From Asterionella formosa (taxonomy: Eukaryota): a stretch of 39,456 nt of DNA. The translations under genes were made by a program, and so were the position numbers. Within the stretch, counting starts at the first letter, position 1. Each line of letters starts with the position of its first letter. Shown one piece after another: positions 32,704 to 39,456 of the stretch. The stretch is from contig NKIB01014934.1 of the NCBI GenBank assembly GCA_002256025.1, positions 1 to 39,456 on the forward strand, given 5' to 3'. Below the pieces are notes generated by a model. That model was given only the letters and a program-made list of their open reading frames with translations, did not search any database and was not told where the DNA came from.

Positions 32704-35202
32704 TTAGGAAATATTATTTTCAATTCTGGACTTGGCAAGGGGCTCAGTCATGTTTGAGTTCTCTGATGTTGTTGGTGAAGGAGGTAGTTCCACATGAACA
32801 TGAAATGGTAAGCCATTCGATGACCAACACTGAGCACTAAAAGTTTCGTAATCAGCGGTGTGGCGGTGCATTTGCATCAATACCAACGGGTAGCATGCAA
32901 ACGTTATTGCGGTGTCTTCTTCTCCCACACACGATTGTTCCGGGATCATATAACGCTGTCGCAGACGTTTTCGGGTTCTTGCTACGTTGGTCAAAAAGTA
33001 AATGAGAACAAGCGTGTCAACGACAATGAATAGAGCGATTTGCAAGAAGGAAAAGGCTCCAAACATGACGCCTTGTACGGGTAGATAATAGAGAAGGCAG
33101 TTTATGATGACAAAGATCATCGATAGTATCAACGAGATCCGAAAGGCATCCTTTGCTTTGTGCGGGCGACCGGGAAGACCAATCCAACTGATCTTTAACC
33201 TCGACATCACTTGAGCTAACGAGAGAATCGGACAAAAGAGGGAATTAAGAACTGAGGCATGCAAGGGGCCAAATTTGCAGCAATCCAATAATCCGTCATT
33301 CCAACGCCCCATTCGATTTGACGTGTTCACTGTGAACTTTGTTGTTACTTCATCCTCAAGAAGGGTACTTCTGAAGACTTCCCCCTTTCGAACTCCCCCT
33401 TGCGGCACGGTTGCTCGAAATGTGTGATCCTCTGTTTGTGCTTGGAATTGATAGTTTCCAGGCAAGTCCATCGGTGCCATAACATCCATTCCTTGTGTAC
33501 TCGATGGTGTTGCGGAGATCTTATTGTCACCTTTAAATTCAGTGACTTTATCGTTTATTGCAGGTACTTTTCGTATGGGAGCAAGCCTTGTCGGTAACAC
33601 TTTCTCATTTTGTATATCCAAAATCTCATTAAGCTCAGATTGGAGCTTGCGAATGCGATCGCGGCATTCAATCTTGACCCGTTCATTTGATGTTAAGTGC
33701 ATCATACGAGTAACCCGCTTTATCTGCTGGTGAGTAGTGTTCATGTCGGAGATTGCAGTTCTCGGTTTCTGCATTGCATCCAGGTTCGCCGATTCTGTTT
33801 GCGGACCATGACGTTGCCTTCCATCCTGTAATTCTTGAATGCCGGTCCCGTCCAAGAAATGATCTGTACTGCGAACTTGATGGGAATTTGGGATCTCACG
33901 GAAGACAACCGTCTCAGTTTCGAATGATCTATCTGGTCTCATGTCTGCCGTAAATTTTTTCCCGTTCACTGATCCGCTTATGTCAAGTACATTTGTATTG
34001 ACATCCTCATAATATTCACTTTCCGCAGCAAGCATCTCATCATAACTTAGAGATTGCTGCATTTCGTCTACTACTTCAAATATAACATCTTCATTTCCTT
34101 GTAACACATCAACCTGTATGTGAGAAGATGGATCGAACCTGTAAGGCGAAACATCTTCTGAGAATTCAAAGGGTGTATCTTCATTCATGGTATAGTTGAC
34201 TGCATCGACAATCCCCGTCTCTGCATGAGCATTGTTATCTTGTGTTGGCATGTTGTCAGGAAAGAAATGTTGCCGAGCCCCTTCATGCCGTTGCGAAGCG
34301 GGACAACCCATCTCGTCATTTAGTATTTGTGAGCTGCTTGTTGGAGTGTCATCTTCCGGGAAGAAATGACGTCTCTGTTGTGTTTGTTTTTGATGCCTCA
34401 TCCTTTCTGGAGCATTAACCTCTTGTGTACCATCGGCCTTGGGTTCGGTTTTTGTTTGAGTGGTTGTGGGAGGAAGCACTTCGCCAATAAAAGGCATGCC
34501 GTGCATACAAAGCGCTCTGGATACTTCCCTTGTTAGAGCAGTAACTTCAGTTTCTTTGATGGAAGGCTGAAATGGCATGTACTTGAGTCTGTGCTTGAGT
34601 GCTGCCTGAAAGTCTTGCAGAATTTTATCCGTCAAGTAAGGAGGTCGAGGTCTTTGCTGTTGGTCTGCATTGTAAAATTTTTCTCCAGTAGCGGATTGGT
34701 AAATCGCGTCGAGCATATCTATAAAGACCGAGGTCGTATGACATCCTGTATCTACCGAACTCGAAGCATCATCTGACCACCTGAAGTAGTTGAGCAAAAG
34801 ATGCGCCACGAACGAAAACTCGTCGTCGTTGTGTCTCATATCAATCGTGGTGGCTTCAATCTCTGCCGTGTGACTACTGAAGGACACCTTCTTGTTGATC
34901 TTGTCGTTCTGGTGTTTCCTGATATTGCTTGGCGAACTTTTCGTGGCCGGCAATCTGCTGGAAGGACTTGGAACGGACTGTGCTTCGTAGAAGGATTGTG
35001 GAAGAATGATGGGAAGTGCCCCATTCGGACTCATGGTTGGCTGAGATCGCGGAGGGTGGAGGATTGAGTTGGAATCTGTGTCATCAAAGGCTCTCTTGTG
35101 ATCATTCCTGTTTTGCCGCTTTAACGACGAAGGAAGAGTACAGTTATAATTCGGTGCATCATGTTGTTCTTGATTGTGATGATTGTAACTGAACGACGAC
35201 AT
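32704..35202 (-). CDS. Second PLAC8-family protein with long N-terminal extension, 832 aa, intronless, convergent paralogue
   Basis: Motifs GRWNDGLLDCC, NSLFCPILSLAQVMSRL, RKRLRQRYMIP and EDTAITFACYPLVLMQMHRHT. The pre-PLAC8 module DVMAPMDLPGNYQF...VPQGGVRKGEVF is shared with the neighbouring gene. Confidence 0.88.
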   Translation of the reverse strand: MSSFSYNHHNQEQHDAPNYNCTLPSSLKRQNRNDHKRAFDDTDSNSILHPPRSQPTMSPNGALPIILPQSFYEAQSVPSPSSRLPATKSSPSNIRKHQNDKINKKVSFSSHTAEIEATTIDMRHNDDEFSFVAHLLLNYFRWSDDASSSVDTGCHTTSVFIDMLDAIYQSATGEKFYNADQQQRPRPPYLTDKILQDFQAALKHRLKYMPFQPSIKETEVTALTREVSRALCMHGMPFIGEVLPPTTTQTKTEPKADGTQEVNAPERMRHQKQTQQRRHFFPEDDTPTSSSQILNDEMGCPASQRHEGARQHFFPDNMPTQDNNAHAETGIVDAVNYTMNEDTPFEFSEDVSPYRFDPSSHIQVDVLQGNEDVIFEVVDEMQQSLSYDEMLAAESEYYEDVNTNVLDISGSVNGKKFTADMRPDRSFETETVVFREIPNSHQVRSTDHFLDGTGIQELQDGRQRHGPQTESANLDAMQKPRTAISDMNTTHQQIKRVTRMMHLTSNERVKIECRDRIRKLQSELNEILDIQNEKVLPTRLAPIRKVPAINDKVTEFKGDNKISATPSSTQGMDVMAPMDLPGNYQFQAQTEDHTFRATVPQGGVRKGEVFRSTLLEDEVTTKFTVNTSNRMGRWNDGLLDCCKFGPLHASVLNSLFCPILSLAQVMSRLKISWIGLPGRPHKAKDAFRISLILSMIFVIINCLLYYLPVQGVMFGAFSFLQIALFIVVDTLVLIYFLTNVARTRKRLRQRYMIPEQSCVGEEDTAITFACYPLVLMQMHRHTADYETFSAQCWSSNGLPFHVHVELPPSPTTSENSNMTEPLAKSRIENNIS

Positions 35203-35542
35203 GATGGTATATTTATTCTAATCTGAGTAGAGTAGACTACCGGTAATAAAGCTTGTTGGCGTTCCCCTGCTCATTATGGCCATGCCATGACGGTGGTGTT
35301 GGATGGTTGCCTACGACAAACAAATTAGAATTTATCTAATTCCGTCGTTGATTTATTGAGTTTTGAACATCATTCAAATCGAAGCTAATCTATCTCCTCT
35401 AAAAGAACCCGGTCATGAGCGAATCAACGAGGATCTCCGGAATCTTTACATATAAATAATCACATGCAGTCGCTCTACGTACCGGTACGGTATAAATTCA
35501 CCGCCCATGATGGATTTCGGGATCTATTTGTATGATACGGGT

Positions 35543-35562
35543 GGTACCCTGGTACCTGGTAC
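35543..35562. repeat. CCTGGTA-type array in the PLAC8/glutaredoxin divergent promoter region
   Basis: ggtaccctggtacctggtac. Confidence 0.8.
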
Positions 35563-35693
35563 ATGGTGATACCATAATATGGTGCCAGACCAGGAGGTCA
35601 TCATAATCATATCGCTACATACATACAAATAATATTGTGCTCTACCTGAATATCTTATATATTTATTTGATGCTCTTGACGCTATCCACGACG

Positions 35694-36236
35694 ATGATGA
35701 TGAAGCTCCAAATGATGGTCGCACTGCTGCTTTCCCTCTCCGCATCCGCACCCATGTTTGGAGATGCATTTGTCCTTCCATTCGGAGTGACTGCCCCCAC
35801 CATCCGTTGCACTAGTACCACCCAGCTCCCCATGATTATGAACTTTCTCAATCAAGGCAAGAAAGCTCTAGTCAAGTCATTTGCTGGAGACTTTGATGAA
35901 GCGTCTACCCGTGCATTGTTAGACAGCTACATTGCCACTCCTGGTGTTATGATGCTCTCCTTCACGACATGTCCCTACTGCATCAAGGCCAAGGAAGTAC
36001 TGAATTCAAAAGGGGCAAAATATGAAGTAGTGGAATTAAATATCATTCCCGAGGGCAAGGCCATTCGGGCTGTCATGGCGGATGTTATTGGACGAACATC
36101 TGTTCCTGCCGTCTTTATTGATGGGGTGTTTGTAGGTGGATGCAATGATGGACCTTCTGCGGAATACAATGGTTTAGTCAAATTGGATCAAGCTGGGAAA
36201 TTAGACGCCATGTTGGCCAAGGCTGGGGCGGTCTAA
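35694..36236 (+). CDS. GRX: Dithiol glutaredoxin (CPYC) with bipartite plastid-targeting presequence, ~180 aa
   Basis: SFTTCPYCIKAK, GRTSVPAVFIDGVFVGGCND; N-terminus MMMKLQMMVALLLSLSASAPMFGDA|FVLP. An alternative ATG lies at 35670. Confidence 0.92.
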   Translation: MMMKLQMMVALLLSLSASAPMFGDAFVLPFGVTAPTIRCTSTTQLPMIMNFLNQGKKALVKSFAGDFDEASTRALLDSYIATPGVMMLSFTTCPYCIKAKEVLNSKGAKYEVVELNIIPEGKAIRAVMADVIGRTSVPAVFIDGVFVGGCNDGPSAEYNGLVKLDQAGKLDAMLAKAGAV

Positions 36237-36572
36237 TATTGCCTGCTTCATGAGGAAAACTGAATAGATATGTACGTAGTAGTAGCTATGCGCATGCAGT
36301 TTTACCTCAAAAAACATGCAATCTTCCAATACCTTTGTCCCGCCAAGACGTTAAAATATTTCGAATATGTGTAGACCCAATAGTTCTTGCTTCATGTCGA
36401 TGGACTGCAGCACTATCGTGAAGTTGATTATTTCTACAAAGCAATTTATGCAGGAATGATGTACATATAGGACTAAAAAAGACAGGCATGAAGCAAGATA
36501 TATAAAAGACGTAACGTACTGGCTATAACACGAAAACGTAATGTAAACCAAATTGGTTCAAGAAATTGCACA

Positions 36573-37982
36573 CTAGAAAGAAATGGAACTAACGATACGG
36601 TCCCAGTTGGGCAATCCAACAATATCAAGATGATGATGCAAGTATTCACCTTTGTTTGGAGACGCAAATGGGTCGACATACGTTTCCAAGGTGTAACGGG
36701 AAGCTGCCACATTCCAGGGATCCTTGGGATTTCCAAAGGCCATGTACTCCCTCTGCTGGAAAATCGCAAAGTGATCAAGAGAATGAAACACAGATACTTG
36801 CCAAATCAATGTCACCAACATTGTCATGGGGTCCTTGATTTCGATTGAGGGCACAGCTACTTTCAAGAAGGCAACAAATTCTTCCAATAGGTCAGATTCC
36901 ACACCATATTCTCGAACGTATTTGTCGATGTACGGGTAATACATCTTGACAACCCGATGAAAGACAAATCGATCATCAAAGTCATACATGTCCTTGTACT
37001 GACAAGAAGGAGGCACGAAGCTACCACCCTGATCTTTCCCAGTCAGGTAGTAGTAATGCTGAGTACGGGCAATGTTCAAAAACGCAAAGTCGTGCTGCGT
37101 AATGGAGAAACAATGAGGAAAGGCCGAATCTTGTTTCTGGACCGGGATGAACATATTGTGTCCAGCAAAGTTGAACACCAAAGTGAATCTCGTGTGTGTG
37201 TCCAACAGCTTCGCCAGTCGGCTTCCTTGTTTGACGGGGTCGTGCATGAGTTTATCGGCAAATAGTGCCATCGAGGTGGGCAAATGGAAGTGAATGAACG
37301 AGTGTGTGTAGGCCAGAAGGGCAGAGCTCACCACCGTCGTGACATTCGGAGTGCTGGGCAGTACGGAATCCTCTCCTTCAAAGACGTACGCCTTTCGATT
37401 GATATGGTCCAACTTGAAGGTGTATCCAGGCAAGACCGGATTCTTGCGATCAGGACTCTCTGGCACGCGATTGAAGATGGTAAGGTCCAGAGTCTGGCCA
37501 TCCGGAGCACAGGAGAAAGAGAGGGACGTGGTGGCGATGAAGTTATAGAGCGACGACTCGTTGTGGGGCATGGCAGTGATGCCTCGAATATAGGACGGCA
37601 TGACCCGACTCATGAACCCAAGGGAGCGGCGGAGGTAGGCACCGTGCTTGTTGGTGTAAAAGTCTGCCTGCAGGCGCTTGGAGAGCTGCTTGAGGTTGGG
37701 TTCAATAATGGCTTCGTCAACGTGGTTTGCAGGGTCGTAATCCCAGGACACAACTGGAGTTGGCAACAGCGAGCCTTTGATGGAATTATAGAGCTTCAAC
37801 AACGGCACGAGAATATAAAGCTCCGCGGTGATGTGGAGCCTGAATTTCAACACTGATAAGCGACGCGGAAGATACATGGGGTTAAGGATCATCAGCCAGT
37901 CGTACCAGGACGATGGAGTTGCGATGATCATGGTACCCGCCTTCGAAAGAGAGGGAAAAAGAGGAGTTGATTCGTCTTTCAT
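36573..37982 (-). CDS. Divergent compact lipoxygenase-like protein, 469 aa, intronless
   Basis: LOX-like motifs in the canonical order: YTHSFIHFH (metal His cluster), LAKLLDTHTRFTLVFN (cf. YKLLxPHxRxTMxIN), IWQVSVFHSLDHF (cf. IWxASAxHAAVNF), C-terminal SSISF (cf. NSISI). Confidence 0.68.
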   Translation of the reverse strand: MKDESTPLFPSLSKAGTMIIATPSSWYDWLMILNPMYLPRRLSVLKFRLHITAELYILVPLLKLYNSIKGSLLPTPVVSWDYDPANHVDEAIIEPNLKQLSKRLQADFYTNKHGAYLRRSLGFMSRVMPSYIRGITAMPHNESSLYNFIATTSLSFSCAPDGQTLDLTIFNRVPESPDRKNPVLPGYTFKLDHINRKAYVFEGEDSVLPSTPNVTTVVSSALLAYTHSFIHFHLPTSMALFADKLMHDPVKQGSRLAKLLDTHTRFTLVFNFAGHNMFIPVQKQDSAFPHCFSITQHDFAFLNIARTQHYYYLTGKDQGGSFVPPSCQYKDMYDFDDRFVFHRVVKMYYPYIDKYVREYGVESDLLEEFVAFLKVAVPSIEIKDPMTMLVTLIWQVSVFHSLDHFAIFQQREYMAFGNPKDPWNVAASRYTLETYVDPFASPNKGEYLHHHLDIVGLPNWDRIVSSISF

Positions 37983-38409
37983 TTCAGCAAAGATCCATTT
38001 CGTTTTGTGTGGAACAAGGACGGTATTATTTTTGTCGTATTTTCATCAGCCAGAATGTATGAGCTAACAATTATATCATGATACTCCGAGCATTAATTAA
38101 TCAATTACCATATACAGTATTCACCACAGCCAAAATACATACCGGTAGACAGCAGTCAGCTAAATAGGATAGAAGATCCGTCCTGTGTACCAGTACCGGT
38201 ATACAGTGTATATTTCTTCATTGTAAATAAATAGTCAATACCGTTTATACAGACGAATGCGTCGCTCAATAAGATACATACCAGTATCTTATTCGCACAG
38301 CACAGGATTTGTTTTGCCCTACCTCGTACCTGGTAGGAGGAACTATCGTCGTATGTACTGTTTGCCAGAGTACATGTTACCGAAATGCTTGTTTGCACAG
38401 GTTAGCTCC

Positions 38410-38434
38410 GGTACCAGGTACCAGGGTACCAGGT
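38410..38434. repeat. TACCAGG-type array upstream of the LOX-like gene
   Basis: ggtaccaggtaccagggtaccaggt. Confidence 0.85.
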
Positions 38435-39456
38435 GAGCGATCTTGCGCATCAATACAGATGTATATAGGGTTAGTGTTATATCATATATGTATAAGAACT
38501 CAATAATGAGAGAACTCGACTAACCCTCATTGTATACTTTGATGTCGACTTGGAGAACGAGTAACACACAAGGATTAACAAATAAGCTCATATATTCAAC
38601 AAATACTACTACTTCTAGTTAGATACTTCACTTTGAATTCAAAAAAAGTCCAATTAGAATTAATATTGTTGATGTCCTCTCAAGTTCCAGTGGTCCCATT
38701 GATGAAGGATAACAACATACTAAACATCAAGATTCAAACTTCTTTGTGTATCCTTACAAGCCAGGTCGAAATTTGGAGTCTTACAGAAAAGATATGATCA
38801 ATTGACGCTCAGGGGAAGCTTGTTTATTGATTTCAGTAAATCCTGTGATATGGCTAACACATATATCTTCAGTCCAGCAGATTCCTTACTTGTTCATCTA
38901 CTGCTACAAAAGATGACTCACAGATATCGTCTTGTCTGACTGGATGAGCGTTGCAATACACTCAGATGCTCAGTCCCAACATAACAGTCTCAACAAGAAA
39001 GTCATAGTGATGTGGCTGGAAGATTACCTTCTTCATGATATCTCTGAGAGTCAATAACAGTGGCTGGATGCCATGATATTACTCAATAAAACATTTCAAC
39101 ATGTTTATAATCGACTTCGCTGCCTGTCTCAAGACCTTAAAGAAGCTCCTAAAACTCATGATAACTCATCCAGAAGATCAAGAGGTTTCCGCCAAGGAAG
39201 ATTTGAGGTTGATTGTCATTTTGCTTGATTGACAATGCGTGGCAACAAGTGTTTGAATGGAACAATGAAAAGAACACAAAATAATTGATTCGCTTGGTTT
39301 TGACTTACTTCGAGAGTCAACAATCATTCAAAGATCAACTCAAGCACATCCTCAAGCATGAGTTCTACCATAAGCCGAAATCGACTTCGCATCGCTTGTT
39401 GAAGGCAATCGTGTTATGTCGAGAGAACGCGCGTGCCTGGTGTCAATTTTCTAACA

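Noticed and set aside
37284..37856. 190-aa plus-strand ORF
   Set aside because: Antisense shadow of the LOX-like CDS with no protein-family features.
38560..39456. Coding-like sequence at the window end, with atcgacttcgc present twice
   Set aside because: No ORF of 60 aa or more and no recognisable domain; one 11-bp match is too weak.

Overview
This is eukaryotic, gene-dense nuclear DNA, most likely from a pennate diatom. That call is an inference from three things: short GT-AG introns, bipartite 'signal peptide + Phe' plastid presequences, and a diatom-type LRR protein family. Housekeeping genes: FANCL, proteasome ATPase RPT3, a plastid 6-phosphogluconolactonase, a large alpha-solenoid protein that may be Nup188/205, EMG1, and a plastid glutaredoxin. 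Other genes: a two-bZIP transcription factor, an LtrA-family membrane protein and an RNI-like LRR protein. Five items stand out. (1) A signal-peptide-bearing ribokinase/xylose-isomerase-family fusion with an IPRGG linker lies head-to-head with the 6PGL gene. (2) A compact, highly divergent lipoxygenase-like gene has atypical metal-ligand motifs. (3) A SASA/SGNH acetylesterase pseudogene is split onto opposite strands by a ~704-bp inversion bounded by a 5-bp inverted microhomology; re-inversion rejoins the halves in frame. (4) A tail-to-tail pair of long PLAC8 paralogues shares an uncharacterised N-terminal domain and a coiled coil. (5) The palindrome family TACC(W)GGTA is strongly over-represented in non-coding DNA. 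No rRNA, tRNA, CRISPR array or intact mobile element was recognised. All family calls come from motif recognition by eye; no database search was run.
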